Positions 1 to 15,097 of a DNA stretch of 64,000 nucleotides are shown here, piece by piece (the stretch's first letter is position 1; each line of letters starts with the position of its first letter). The stretch covers positions 1 through 64,000 of the forward strand of contig JAQGDQ010000776.1 of the NCBI GenBank assembly GCA_030141605.1, in the 5' to 3' direction. The notes beneath the pieces were generated by a model that did no database searches, was not told where the DNA came from, and saw nothing but the letters and a program-made list of their open reading frames with translations. Origin of the DNA: Tubiluchus corallicola. Taxonomy: Eukaryota; Animalia; Priapulida. The translations under genes and the position numbers were made by a program.

Positions 1-3000
1 TGGTTAGGTATCTGAGATTTGCAATAGATTTCATCAGTCTATGTGTTAGAGATTGTTCTAAGTGAGTTCTGACTAGATGTTTCGGGTTGTTTGTAGATGT
101 TTGGGACTGCTCTAAATGAGTGGTTAGATGCTGCAGTTTTGTCAATATAGCTAAATAGATGAATAGAATTTGATGTACGTGTCAGATGTTTCAGATTGCT
201 CTAAGTGAGCTCTGATTAGATGTTTCAGAATGTCTGTGGATCTTAACTGATTATTGAGATCAGGTATAAATGCCTTCAGACATGATGTTGATGTTTTCCT
301 ACCAGATGCAAGAGTTTGGTCATTGATGTCTTCTAAGAAGCTAATTGAGGCTATCGCTGTATTTCTCTATCAGATACTTATCTCATTGCCTAACATTGCC
401 TGTACAGGTCTTCTGGTTAGGTATCTGAGATTTGCAATAGATTTCATCAGTCTATGTGTTAGAGATTGTTCTAAGTGAGTTCTGACTAGATGTTTCGGGT
501 TGTTTGTAGATATTTGGGACTGCTCTAAATGAGTCTGGTTAGATGCTGCAGTTTGTCTTTGTTTACGTGTCAGATGTTTCAGATTGCTTTAAGTGCGTTC
601 TGACTAGATGTTTCAGAACGTCTGTGGATCTTAACAGATTATTGGGATCAGGTATAAGTGCCTTCAGACATGATGTAGATGTTTTCGGTTGCGTATAGAT
701 GCCATCTCACCAAACGGTTGAGTCTTCCTACCAGATGCAAGAGTTTGGTCATTGATGTCTTCTAAGAAGCTAATTGAGGCTATCGCTGTATTTCTCTATC
801 AGATCTTATGTCATTGCCTAACATTGCCTGTACAGGTCTTCTGGTTAGATATCTGAGATTTGCAATAGATTTCATCAGTCTAAGTGTTAGAGATTGTTCT
901 AAGTGAGTTCTGACTAGATGTTTCGGGTTGTTTGTAGATGTTTGGGACTGCTCTAAATGAGTCTGGTTAGATGCTGCAGTTTTGTCTATATATCTAAATA
1001 GATGAATAGAATTTGATGTACGTGTCAGATATTTCAGATTGCTCTAAGTGAGTTCTGATTAGATGTTTCAGAACGTCTGTGGATCTTAACAGATTATTGG
1101 GATCAGGTATAAGTGCCTTCAGACATGATGTAGATGTTTTCGGTTGCGTATAGATGCCATCTCACCAAACGGTTGCGTCTTCCTACCAGATGCAAGAGTT
1201 TGGTCATTGATGTCTTCTAAGAAGCTAATTGAGGCTATCGCTGTATTTCTCTATCAGATCTTATGTCATTTGCCTAACATGTCTTCTGGTTAGGTATCTG
1301 AGATTTGCAATAGATTTCATCAGTCTAAGTGTTAGAGATTGTTCTAAGTGAGTTCAGACTAGATGTTTCGGGTTGTTTGTAGATGTTTGGGACTGCTCTA
1401 AATGAGTGGTTAGATGCTGCAGTTTTGTCAATATAGCTAAATAGATGAATAGAATTTGATGTACGTGTCAGATGTTTCAGATTGCTCTAAGTGAGCTCTG
1501 ATTAGATGTTTCAGAATGTCTGTGGATCTTAACTGATTATTGAGATCAGGTATAAATGCCTTCAGACATGATATAGATGTTTTCGGTTGCGTATAGATGC
1601 CATCTCACCAAACGGTTGAGTCTTCCTACCAGATGCAAGAGTTTGGTCATTGATGTCTTCTAAGAAGCTAATTGAGGCTATCGCTGTATTTCTCTATCAG
1701 ATACTTATCTCATTGCCTAACATTGCCTGTACAGGTCTTCTGGTTAGGTATCTGAGATTTGCAATAGATTTCATCAGTCTATGTGTTAGAGATTGTTCTA
1801 AGTGAGTTCTGACTAGATGTTTCGGGTTGTTTGTAGATATTTGGGACTGCTCTAAATGAGTCTGGTTAGATGCTGCAGTTTGTCTTTGTTTACGTGTCAG
1901 ATGTTTCAGATTGCTTTAAGTGCGTTCTGACTAGATGTTTCAGAACGTCTGTGGATCTTAACAGATTATTGGGATCAGGTATAAGTGCCTTCAGACATGA
2001 TGTAGATGTTTTCGGTTGCGTATAGATGCCATCTCACCAAACGGTTGAGTCTTCCTACCAGATGCAAGAGTTTGGTCATTGATGTCTTCTAAGAAGCTAA
2101 TTGAGGCTATCGCTGTATTTCTCTATCAGATCTTATGTCATTGCCTAACATTGCCTGTACAGGTCTTCTGGTTAGATATCTGAGATTTGCAATAGATTTC
2201 ATCAGTCTAAGTGTTAGAGATTGTTCTAAGTGAGTTCTGACTAGATGTTTCGGGTTGTTTGTAGATGTTTGGGACTGCTCTAAATGAGTCTGGTTAGATG
2301 CTGCAGTTTTGTCTATATATCTAAATAGATGAATAGAATTTGATGTACGTGTCAGATATTTCAGATTGCTCTAAGTGAGTTCTGATTAGATGTTTCAGAA
2401 CGTCTGAGGATCTTAACAGACTATTGGGATCAGGTATAAGTGCCTTCAGATATGATGTAGATGTTTTCGGTTGCGTATAGATGCCATCTCACCAAACGGT
2501 TGCGTTTTCCTACCAGATGCTAGAGTTTGGTCATTGATGTCTTCTAAGAAGCTAATTGAGGCTATCGCTGTATTTCTCTATCAGATACTTATCTCATTGC
2601 CTAACATTGCCTGTACAGGTCTTCTGGTTAGGTATCTGAGATTTGCAATAGATTTCATCAGTCTATGTGTTAGAGATTGTTCTAAGTGAGTTCTGACTAG
2701 ATGTTTCGGGTTGTTTGTAGATATTTGGGACTGCTCTAAATGAGTCTGGTTAGATGCTGCAGTTTGTCTTTGTTTACGTGTCAGATGTTTCAGATTGCTT
2801 TAAGTGCGTTCTGACTAGATGTTTCAGAACGTCTGTGGATCTTAACAGATTATTGGGATCAGGTATAAGTGCCTTCAGACATGATGTAGATGTTTTCGGT
2901 TGCGTATAGATGCCATCTCACCAAACGGTTGAGTCTTCCTACCAGATGCAAGAGTTTGGTCATTGATGTCTTCTAAGAAGCTAATTGAGGCTATCGCTGT

Positions 3001-6000
3001 ATTTCTCTATCAGATCTTATGTCATTGCCTAACATTGCCTGTACAGGTCTTCTGGTTAGATATCTGAGATTTGCAATAGATTTCATCAGTCTAAGTGTTA
3101 GAGATTGTTCTAAGTGAGTTCTGACTAGATGTTTCGGGTTGTTTGTAGATATTTGGGACTGCTCTAAATGAGTCTGGTTAGATGCTGCAGTTTGTCTTTG
3201 TTTACGTGTCAGATGTTTCAGATTGCTTTAAGTGCGTTCTGACTAGATGTTTCAGAACGTCTGTGGATCTTAACAGACTATTGGGATCAGGTATAGATGC
3301 CATCTCACCAAACGGTTGAGTCTTCCTACCAGATGCAAGAGTTTGGTCATTGATGTCTTCTAAGAAGCTAATTGAGGCTATCGCTGTATTTCTCTATCAG
3401 ATCTTATGTCATTGCCTAACATTGCCTGTACAGGTCTTCTGGTTAGATATCTGAGATTTGCAATAGATTTCATCAGTCTAAGTGTTAGAGATTGTTCTAA
3501 GTGAGTTCTGACTAGATGTTTCGGGTTGTTTGTAGATGTTTGGGACTGCTCTAAATGAGTCTGGTTAGATGCTGCAGTTTTGTCTATATATCTAAATAGA
3601 TGAATAGAATTTGATGTACGTGTCAGATATTTCAGATTGCTCTAAGTGAGTTCTGATTAGATGTTTCAGAACGTCTGAGGATCTTAACAGACTATTGGGA
3701 TCAGGTATAAGTGCCTTCAGATATGATGTAGATGTTTTCGGTTGCGTATAGATGCCATCTCACCAAACGGTTGCGTTTTCCTACCAGATGCTAGAGTTTG
3801 GTCATTGATGTCTTCTAAGAAGCTAATTGAGGCTATCGCTGTATTTCTCTATCAGATACTTATCTCATTGCCTAACATTGCCTGTACAGGTCTTCTGGTT
3901 AGGTATCTGAGATTTGCAATAGATTTCATCAGTCTATGTGTTAGAGATTGTTCTAAGTGAGTTCTGACTAGATGTTTCGGGTTGTTTGTAGATATTTGGG
4001 ACTGCTCTAAATGAGTCTGGTTAGATGCTGCAGTTTGTCTTTGTTTACGTGTCAGATGTTTCAGATTGCTTTAAGTGCGTTCTGACTAGATGTTTCAGAA
4101 CGTCTGTGGATCTTAACAGATTATTGGGATCAGGTATAAGTGCCTTCAGACATGATGTAGATGTTTTCGGTTGCGTATAGATGCCATCTCACCAAACGGT
4201 TGAGTCTTCCTACCAGATGCAAGAGTTTGGTCATTGATGTCTTCTAAGAAGCTAATTGAGGCTATCGCTGTATTTCTCTATCAGATCTTATGTCATTGCC
4301 TAACATTGCCTGTACAGGTCTTCTGGTTAGATATCTGAGATTTGCAATAGATTTCATCAGTCTAAGTGTTAGAGATTGTTCTAAGTGAGTTCTGACTAGA
4401 TGTTTCGGGTTGTTTGTAGATGTTTGGGACTGCTCTAAATGAGTCTGGTTAGATGCTGCAGTTTTGTCTATATATCTAAATAGATGAATAGAATTTGATG
4501 TACGTGTCAGATGTTTCAGCTTGCTCTAAGTGAGCTCTGATTAGAAATTTCAGAATGTCTGTGGATCTTAACTGATTATTGAGATCAGGTATAAATGCCT
4601 TCAGACATGATGTAGATGTTTTCGGTTGCGTATAGATGCCATCTCACCAAACGGTTGAGTCTTCCTACCAGATGCAAGAGTTTGGTCATTGATGTCTTCT
4701 AAGAAGCTAATTGAGGCTATCGCTGTATTTCTCTATCAGATACTTATCTCATTGCCTAACATTGCCTGTACAGGTCTTCTGGTTAGGTATCTGAGATTTG
4801 CAATAGATTTCATCAGTCTATGTGTTAGAGATTGTTCTAAGTGAGTTCTGACTAGATGTTTCGGGTTGTTTGTAGATGTTTGGGACTGCTCTAAATGAGT
4901 TCTGGTTAGATGCTGCAGTTTTGTCTATATATCTAAATAGATGAATAGAATTTGATGTACGTGTCAGATATTTCAGATTGCTCTAAGTGCGTTCTGACTA
5001 GATGTTTCAGAACGTCTGTGGATCTTAACAGATTATTGGGATCAGGTATAAGTGCCTTCAGACATGATGTAGATGTTTTCGGTTGCGTATAGATGCCATC
5101 TCACCAAACGGTTGAGTCTTCCTACCAGATGCAAGAGTTTGGTCATTGATGTCTTCTAAGAAGCTAATTGAGGCTATCGCTGTATTTCTCTATCAGATCT
5201 TATGTCATTGCCTAACGTTGTCTGTACGGGTCTTCTGGTTAGATATCTGAGATTTGCAATAGATTTCATCAGTCTAAGTGTTAGAGATTGTTCTAAGTGA
5301 GTTCTGACTAGATGTTTCGGGTTGTTTGTAGATGTTTGGGACTGCTCTAAATGAGTTCTGGTTAGATGCTGCAGTTTTGTCTATATGTCTAAAATAGATG
5401 AATAGAATTGGATGTACGTGTCAGATATTTCAGATTGCTCTAAGTGAGTTCTGATTAGATGTTTCAGAATGTCTGTGGATCTTAACTGATTATTGAGATC
5501 AGGTATAAATGCCTTCAGACATGATGTAGATGTTTTCGGTTGCGTATAGATGCCATCTCACCAAACGGTTGCGTCTTCCTACCAGATGCAAGAGTTTGGT
5601 CATTGATGTCTTCTAAGAAGCTAATTGAGGCTATCGCTGTATTTCTCTATCAGATCTTATGTCATTTGCCTAACATGTCTTCTGGTTAGGTATCTGAGAT
5701 TTGCAATAGATTTCATCAGTCTAAGTGTTAGAGATTGTTCTAAGTGAGTTCTGACTAGATGTTTCGGGTTGTTTGTAGATGTTTGGGACTGCTCTAAATG
5801 AGTCTGGTTAGATGCTGCAGTTTTGTCAATATAGCTAAATAGATGAATAGAATTTGATGTACGTGTCAGATGTTTCAGATTGCTCTAAGTGAGCTCTGAT
5901 TAGATGTTTCAGAATGTCTGTGGATCTTAACTGATTATTGAGATCAGGTATAAATGCCTTCAGACATGATATAGATGTTTTCGGTTGCGTATAGATGCCA

Positions 6001-9000
6001 TCTCACCAAACGGTTGCGTCTTCCTACCAGATGCAAGAGTTTGGTCATTGATGTCTTCTAAGAAGCTAATTGAGGCTATCGCTGTATTTCTCTATCAGAT
6101 ACTTATCTCATTGCCTAACATTGCCTGTACAGGTCTTCTGGTTAGGTATCTGAGATTTGCAATAGATTTCATCAGTCTATGTGTTAGAGATTGTTCTAAG
6201 TGAGTTCTGACTAGATGTTTCGGGTTGTTTGTAGATATTTGGGACTGCTCTAAATGAGTCTGTTTAGATGCTGCAGTTTGTCTTTGTTTACGTGTCAGAT
6301 GTTTCAGATTGCTTTAAGTGCGTTCTGACTAGATGTTTCAGAACGTCTGTGGATCTTAACAGATTATTGGGATCAGGTATAAGTGCCTTCAGACATGATG
6401 TAGATGTTTTCGGTTGCGTATAGATGCCATCTCACCAAACGGTTGAGTCTTCCTACCAGATGCAAGAGTTTGGTCATTGATGTCTTCTAAGAAGCTAATT
6501 GAGGCTATCGCTGTATTTCTCTATCAGATCTTATGTCATTGCCTAACATTGCCTGTACAGGTCTTCTGGTTAGATATCTGAGATTTGCAATAGATTTCAT
6601 CAGTCTAAGTGTTAGAGATTGTTCTAAGTGAGTTCTGACTAGATGTTTCGGGTTGTTTGTAGATGTTTGGGACTGCTCTAAATGAGTCTGGTTAGATGCT
6701 GCAGTTTTGTCTATATATCTAAATAGATGAATAGAATTTGATGTACGTGTCAGATATTTCAGATTGCTCTAAGTGAGTTCTGATTAGATGTTTCAGAACG
6801 TCTGAGGATCTTAACAGATTATTGGGATCAGGTATAAGTGCCTTCAGACATGATGTAGATGTTTTCGGTTGCGTATAGATGCCATCTCACCAAACGGTTG
6901 AGTCTTCCTACCAGATGCAAGAGTTTGGTCATTGATGTCTTCTAAGAAGCTAATTGAGGCTATCGCTGTATTTCTCTATCAGATCTTATGTCATTGCCTA
7001 ACATGTCTTCTGGTTAGGTATCTGAGATTTGCAATAGATTTCATCAGTCTAAGTGTTAGAGATTGCTCTAAGTGAGTTCAGACTAGATGTTTCGGGTTGT
7101 TTGTGGATGTTTGGGACTGCTCTAAATGAGTGGTTAGATGCTGCAGTTTTGTCAATATAGCTAAATAGATGAATAGAATTTGATGTACGTGTCAGATGTT
7201 TCAGATTGCTCTAAGTGAGCTCTGACTAGATGTTTCAGAATGTCTGTGGATCTTAACTGATTATTGAGATCAGGTATAAATGCCTTCAGACATGATGTAG
7301 ATGTTTTCGGTTGCGTATAGATGCCATCTCACCAAACGGTTGGTCTTCCTACCAGATGCAAGAGTTTGGTCATTGATGTCTTCTAAGAAGCTAATTGAGG
7401 CTATCGCTGTATTTCTCTATCAGATCTTATGTCATTTGCCTAACCACATGTCTTCTGGTTAGGTATCTGAGATTTGCAATAGATTTCATCAGTCTAAGTG
7501 TTAGAGATTGTTCTAAGTGAGTTCAGACTAGATGTTTCGGGTTGTTTGTAGATGTTTGGGACTGCTCTAAATGAGTGGTTAGATGCTGCAGTTTTGTCAA
7601 TATAGCTAAATAGATGAATAGAATTTGATGTACGTGTCAGATGTTTCAGATTGCTCTAAGTGAGCTCTGATTAGATGTTTCAGAATGTCTGTGGATCTTA
7701 ACTGATTATTGAGATCAGGTATAAATGCCTTCAGACATGATGTAGATGTTTTCGGTTGCGTATAGATGCCATCTCACCAAACGGTTGAGTCTTCCTACCA
7801 GATGCAAGAGTTTGGTCATTGATGTCTTCTAAGAAGCTAATTGAGGCTATCGCTGTATTTCTCTATCAGATACTTATCTCATTGCCTAACATTGCCTGTA
7901 CAGGTCTTCTGGTTAGGTATCTGAGATTTGCAATAGATTTCATCAGTCTATGTGTTAGAGATTGTTCTAAGTGAGTTCTGACTAGATGTTTCGGGTTGTT
8001 TGTAGATATTTGGGACTGCTCTAAATGAGTCTGGTTAGATGCTGCAGTTTGTCTTTGTTTACGTGTCAGATGTTTCAGACTGCTTTAAGTGCGTTCTGAC
8101 TAGATGTTTCAGAACGTCTGTGGATCTTAACAGATTATTGGGATCAGGTATAAGTGCCTTCAGACATGATGTAGATGTTTTCGGTTGCGTATAGATGCCA
8201 TCTCACCAAACGGTTGAGTCTTCCTACCAGATGCAAGAGTTTGGTCATTGATGTCTTCTAAGAAGCTAATTGAGGCTATCGCTGTATTTCTCTATCAGAT
8301 CTTATGTCATTGCCTAACATTGCCTGTACAGGTCTTCTGGTTAGATATCTGAGATTTGCAATAGATTTCATCAGTCTAAGTGTTAGAGATTGTTCTAAGT
8401 GAGTTCTGACTAGATGTTTCGGGTTGTTTGTAGATGTTTGGGACTGCTCTAAATGAGTCTGGTTAGATGCTGCAGTTTTGTCTATATATCTAAATAGATG
8501 AATAGAATTTGATGTACGTGTCAGATATTTCAGATTGTTCTAAGTGAGTTCTGATTAGATGTTTCAGAACGTCTGAGGATCTTAACAGACTATTGGGATC
8601 AGGTATAAGTGCCTTCAGATATGATGTAGATGTTTTCGGTTGCGTATAGATGCCATCTCACCAAACGGTTGCGTTTTCCTACCAGATGCTAGAGTTTGGT
8701 CATTGATGTCTTCTAAGAAGCTAATTGAGGCTATCGCTGTATTTCTCTATCAGATACTTATCTCATTGCCTAACATTGCCTGTACAGGTCTTCTGGTTAG
8801 GTATCTGAGATTTGCAATAGATTTCATCAGTCTATGTGTTAGAGATTGTTCTAAGTGAGTTCTGACTAGATGTTTCGGGTTGTTTGTAGATATTTGGGAC
8901 TGCTCTAAATGAGTCTGGTTAGATGCTGCAGTTTTGTCTATATATCTAAATAGATGAATAGTGATGTACGTGTCAGATGTTTCAGATTGCTCTAAGTGAG

Positions 9001-12000
9001 TTCTGACTAGATGTTTCAGAACGTCTGTGGATCTTAACAGATTATTGGGATCAGGTATAAGTGCCTTCAGACATGATGTAGATGTTTTCGGTTGCGTATA
9101 GATGCCATCTCACCAAACGGTTGAGTCTTCCTACCAGATGCAAGAGTTTGGTCATTGATGTCTTCTAAGAAGCTAATTGAGGCTATCGCTGTATTTCTCT
9201 ATCAGATCTTATGTCATTGCCTAACATTGCCTGTACAGGTCTTCTGGTTAGGTATCTGAGATTTGCAATAGATTTCATCAGTCTAAGTGTTAGAGATTGT
9301 TCTAAGTGAGTTCTGACTAGATGTTTCGGGTTGTTTGTAGATATTTGGGACTGCTCTAAATGAGTCTGGTTAGATGCTGCAGTTTGTCTTTGTTTACGTG
9401 TCAGATGTTTCAGATTGCTTTAAGTGCGTTCTGACTAGATGTTTCAGAACGTCTGTGGATCTTAACAGATTATTGGGATCAGGTATAAGTGCCTTCAGAC
9501 ATGATGTAGATGTTTTCGGTTGCGTATAGATGCCATCTCACCAAACGGTTGAGTCTTCCTACCAGATGCAAGAGTTTGGTCATTGATGTCTTCTAAGAAG
9601 CTAATTGAGGCTATCGCTGTATTTCTCTATCAGATCTTATGTCATTGCCTAACATTGCCTGTACAGGTCTTCTGGTTAGATATCTGAGATTTGCAATAGA
9701 TTTCATCAGTCTAAGTGTTAGAGATTGTTCTAAGTGAGTTCTGACTAGATGTTTCGGGTTGTTTGTAGATGTTTGGGACTGCTCTAAATGAGTCTGGTTA
9801 GATGCTGCAGTTTTGTCTATATATCTAAATAGATGAATAGAATTTGATGTACGTGTCAGATATTTCAGATTGCTCTAAGTGAGTTCTGATTAGATGTTTC
9901 AGAACGTCTGAGGATCTTAACAGACTATTGGGATCAGGTATAAGTGCCTTCAGACATGATGTAGATGTTTTCGGTTGCGTATAGATGCCATCTCACCAAA
10001 CGGTTGAGTCTTCCTACCAGATGCAAGAGTTTGGTCATTGATGTCTTCTAAGAAGCTAATTGAGGCTATCGCTGTATTTCTCTATCAGATCTTATGTCAT
10101 TGCCTAACATTGCCTGTACAGGTCTTCTGGTTAGATATCTGAGATTTGCAATAGATTTCATCAGTCTAAGTGTTAGAGATTGTTCTAAGTGAGTTCTGAC
10201 TAGATGTTTCGGGTTGTTTGTAGATGTTTGGGACTGCTCTAAATGAGTCTGGTTAGATGCTGCAGTTTTGTCTATATATCTAAATAGATGAATAGAATTT
10301 GATGTACGTGTCAGATATTTCAGATTGCTCTAAGTGAGTTCTGATTAGATGTTTCAGAACGTCTGAGGATCTTAACAGACTATTGGGATCAGGTATAAGT
10401 GCCTTCAGATATGATGTAGATGTTTTCGGTTGCGTATGGATGCCATCTCACCAAACGGTTGCGTTTTCCTACCAGATGCTAGAGTTTGGTCATTGATGTC
10501 TTCTAAGAAGCTAATTGAGGCTATCGCTGTATTTCTCTATCAGATACTTATCTCATTGCCTAACATTGCCTGTACAGGTCTTCTGGTTAGGTATCTGAGA
10601 TTTGCAATAGATTTCATCAGTCTATGTGTTAGAGATTGTTCTAAGTGAGAGTTCTAACTAGATGTTTCGGGTTGTTGGTAGATGTTTGGGACTGCTCTAA
10701 ATGAGTTCTGGTTAGATGCTGCAGTTTTGTCAATATATCTAAATAGATGAATAGAATTTGATGTACGTGTCAGATGTTTCAGATTGCTCTAAGTGAGTTC
10801 TGATTAGATGTTTCAGAATGTCTGTGGATCTTAACAGATTATTGGGATCAGGTATAAGTGCCTTCAGACATGATGTAGATGTTTTCGGTTGCGTATAGAT
10901 GCCATCTCACCAAACGGTTGAGTCTTCCTACCAGATGCAAGAGTTTGGTCATTGATGTCTTCTAAGAAGCTAATTGAGGCTATCGCTGTATTTCTCTATC
11001 AGATCTTATGTCATTGCCTAACATTGCCTGTACAGGTCTTCTGGTTAGATATCTGAGATTTGCAATAGATTTCATCAGTCTAAGTGTTAGAGATTGTTCT
11101 AAGTGAGTTCTGACTAGATGTTTCGGGTTGTTTGTAGATGTTTGGGACTGCTCTAAATGAGTCTGGTTAGATGCTGCAGTTTTGTCTATATATCTAAATA
11201 GATGAATAGAATTTGATGTACGTGTCAGATATTTCAGATTGCTCTAAGTGAGTTCTGATTAGATGTTTCAGAACGTCTGAGGATCTTAACAGACTATTGG
11301 GATCAGGTATAAGTGCCTTCAGATATGATGTAGATGTTTTCGGTTGCGTATAGATGCCATCTCACCAAACGGTTGCGTTTTCCTACCAGATGCTAGAGTT
11401 TGGTCATTGATGTCTTCTAAGAAGCTAATTGAGGCTATCGCTGTATTTCTCTATCAGATACTTATCTCATTGCCTAACATTGCCTGTACAGGTCTTCTGG
11501 TTAGGTATCTGAGATTTGCAATAGATTTCATCAGTCTATGTGTTAGAGATTGTTCTAAGTGAGTTCTGACTAGATGTTTCGGGTTGTTTGTAGATATTTG
11601 GGACTGCTCTAAATGAGTCTGGTTAGATGCTGCAGTTTGTCTTTGTTTACGTGTCAGATATTTCAGATTGCTCTAAGTGAGTTCTGATTAGATGTTTCAG
11701 AACGTCTGTGGATCTTAACAGATTATTGGGATCAGGTATAAGTGCCTTCAGACATGATGTAGATGTTTTCGGTTGCGTATAGATGCCATCTCACCAAACG
11801 GTTGAGTCTTCCTACCAGATGCAAGAGTTTGGTCATTGATGTCTTCTAAGAAGCTAATTGAGGCTATCGCTGTATTTCTCTATCAGATCTTATGTCATTG
11901 CCTAACATTGCCTGTACAGGTCTTCTGGTTAGATATCTGAGATTTGCAATAGATTTCATCAGTCTAAGTGTTAGAGATTGTTCTAAGTGAGTTCTGACTA

Positions 12001-14300
12001 GATGTTTCGGGTTGTTTGTAGATGTTTGGGACTGCTCTAAATGAGTCTGGTTAGATGCTGCAGTTTTGTCTATATATCTAAATAGATGAATAGAATTTGA
12101 TGTACGTGTCAGATATTTCAGATTGCTCTAAGTGAGTTCTGACTAGATGTTTCAGAACGTCTGAGGATCTTAACAGACTATTGGGATCAGGTATAAGTGC
12201 CTTCAGATATGATGTAGATGTTTTCGGTTGCGTATAGATGCCATCTCACCAAACGGTTGCGTTTTCCTACCAGATGCTAGAGTTTGGTCATTGATGTCTT
12301 CTAAGAAGCTAATTGAGGCTATCGCTGTATTTCTCTATCAGATACTTATCTCATTGCCTAACATGTCTTCTGGTTAGGTATCTGAGATTTGCAATAGATT
12401 TCATCAGTCTATGTGTTAGAGATTGTTCTAAGTGAGAGTTCTAACTAGGTGTTTCGGGTTGTTGGTAGATGTTTGGGACTGCTCTAAATGAGTTCTGGTT
12501 AGATGCTGCAGTTTTGTCTATATGTCTAAAATAGATGAATAGAATTGGATGTACGTGTCAGATATTTCAGATTGCTCTAAGTGAGTTCTGATTAGATGTT
12601 TCAGAATGTCTGTGGATCTTAACTGATTATCGAGATCAGGTATAAATGCCTTCAGACATGATGTAGATGTTTTCGGTTGCGTATAGATGCCATCTCACCA
12701 AACGGTTGCGTCTTCCTACCAGATGCAAGAGTTTGGTCATTGATGTCTTCTAAGAAGCTAATTGAGGCTATCGCTGTATTTCTCTATCAGATCTTATGTC
12801 ATTTGCCTAACATATCTTCTGGTTAGGTATCTGAGATTTGCAATAGATTTCATCAGTCTAAGTGTTAGAGATTGTTCTAAGTGAGTTCAGACTAGATGTT
12901 TCGGGTTGTTTGTAGATGTTTGGGACTGCTCTAAATGAGTCTGGTTAGATGCTGCAGTTTTGTCAATATAGCTAAATAGATGAATAGAATTTGATGTACG
13001 TGTCAGATGTTTCAGATTGCTCTAAGTGAGCTCTGATTAGATGTTTCAGAATGTCTGTGGATCTTAACTGATTATTGAGATCAGGTATAAATGCCTTCAG
13101 ACATGATGTAGATGTTTTCGGTTGCGTATAGATGCCATCTCACCAAACGGTTGAGTCTTCCTACCAGATGCAAGAGTTTGGTCATTGATGTTTTCTAAGA
13201 AGCTAATTGAGGCTATCGCTGTATTTCTCTATCAGATCTTATGTCATTTGCCTAACATGTCTTCTGGTTAGGTATCTGAAATTTGCAATAGATTTCATCA
13301 GTCTAAGTGTTAGAGATTGTTCTAAGTGAGTTCAGACTAGATGTTTCGGGTTGTTTGTAGCTGTTTGGGACTGCTCTAAATGAGTGGTTAGATGCTGCAG
13401 TTTTGTCAATATAGCTAAATAGATGAATAGAATTTGATGTACGTGTCAGATGTTTCAGATTGCTCTAAGTGAGCTCTGATTAGATGTTTCAGAATGTCTG
13501 TGGATCTTAACTGATTATTGAGATCAGGTATAAATGCCTTCAGACATGATGTAGATGTTTTCGGTTGCGTATAGATGCCATCTCACCAAACGGTTGAGTC
13601 TTCCTACCAAATGCAAGAGTTTGGTCATTGATGTCTTCTAAGAAGCTAATTGAGGCTATCGCTGTATTTCTCTATCAGATACTTATCTCATTGCCTAACA
13701 TTGCCTGTACAGGTCTTCTGGTTAGGTATCTGAGATTTGCAATAGATTTCATCAGTCTATGTGTTAGAGATTGTTCTAAGTGAGTTCTGACTAGATGTTT
13801 CGGGTTGTTTGTAGATATTTGGGACTGCTCTAAATGAGTCTGGTTAGATGCTGCAGTTTGTCTTTGTTTACGTGTCAGATGTTTCAGATTGTTTTAAGTG
13901 CGTTCTGACTAGATGTTTCAGAACGTCTGTGGATCTTAACAGATTATTGGGATCAGGTATAAGTGCCTTCAGACATGATGTAGATGTTTTCGGTTGCGTA
14001 TAGATGCCATCTCACCAAACGGTTGAGTCTTCCTACCAGATGCTAGAGTTTGGTCATTGATTTCTCCTAAGAAGCTAATTTTGAGACTATCGCTGTATTT
14101 CTCTATCAGATCTTATGTCATTGCCTAACATGTCTTCTGGTTAGGTATCTGAGATTTGCAAGATTTGTAGATGTTTGGGACTGCTCTAAATGAGTCTGGT
14201 TAGATGCTGCAGTTTTGTCAATATAGCTAAATAGATGAATAGAATTTGATGTACGTGTCAGATGTTTCAGATTGCTCTAAGTGAGCTCTGATTAGGTGTT
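1..14300. repeat. Satellite DNA array, ~429/443/455-bp monomer variants, ~32 copies, open at left edge
   Basis: Anchor GGTTGCGTATAGATGCC recurs at 687, 1142, 1585, 2014, 2469, 2898 and onward (spacings 455, 443, 429, 455, 429). Monomers are nearly identical and contain internal TAGATGTTTC / CTAAGTGAGTTCTGA subrepeats. Confidence 0.98.
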
Positions 14301-15097
14301 TCAGGATGTCTAACTGAGGCTACCGGTGTTTTAACATTGCCTGTACAGGTCTTCTGATTAGGTACTTGAGATTGGCGATAGATTTCATCTGCTACATGCT
14401 TGAGATTGCTCTCAGTGAGTTCTGTGATTAGATGTTTCAGTATGTCTGTAGATCTTAACAGATTGTTGGGATTACATGTAAATGCCTTCAGACTTGAGGC
14501 GTTTGTGGATTTTTTAGATTGCTTATAAATGCCGTCTTGCCAGATGCTCAACATTGTCTGTACATGTCTCCTGCCATGTACTTTAAATTGGCACAACATT
14601 TCTTCTGATCGGATGTTTGTGATTAGTATGAATGAATTCTGACTAGCTGTTTTTGCCTAGATGTCTGAGTTTAAGTGAATTCTGACAGATGTTCCAGGTT
14701 GGTTGTAGTCCTTAACAGATTATTATGATTAGCTGCAGATGCCCTTTGACCAGATTTTTGATGTGTTATCAGATGCCTTAGATCGTTGTTGCTGGTAAAC
14801 GTCTTCTGTAAGTGGATGTTGACGTTCTTTTACCAGTTGGTTGAGGTTGGCAGTAGATGCCTTCATATCGAGTGCTGGAAATGCTTGTAGATTTCTTCTG
14901 ATAAGGTACCTCAGCTTGGCAATAAAAATCTTCCTACCAAGTGATTGGGTTTAGCCATTCCCGTCTTTTGACAAGGTAGTTTGTTTGCATATATCTCTAT
15001 GCGGATGATTAACATTGCCTGTACAGGTCTTCTGATTAGGTGCTTCTGATTAAGTGCGTTCTAACTAGATGTTTCAGGATGTCTGTAGATCTTAACC
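14301..15097. repeat. Diverged, rearranged satellite-related sequence at the array edge
   Basis: Monomer segments such as AACATTGCCTGTACAGGTCTTCTG (14333, 15011) and GATCTTAAC recur with many substitutions. Confidence 0.85.

Noticed and set aside
254-11562. Seven near-identical 72-74 aa ORFs
   Set aside because: They arise from one satellite variant, use TTG starts, and are broken by indels or stops in the other monomers.
1-14300. Hammerhead ribozyme in the satellite (minus strand has CTGATGA in every monomer)
   Set aside because: No GAAA follows a stem II, so the catalytic core is incomplete.
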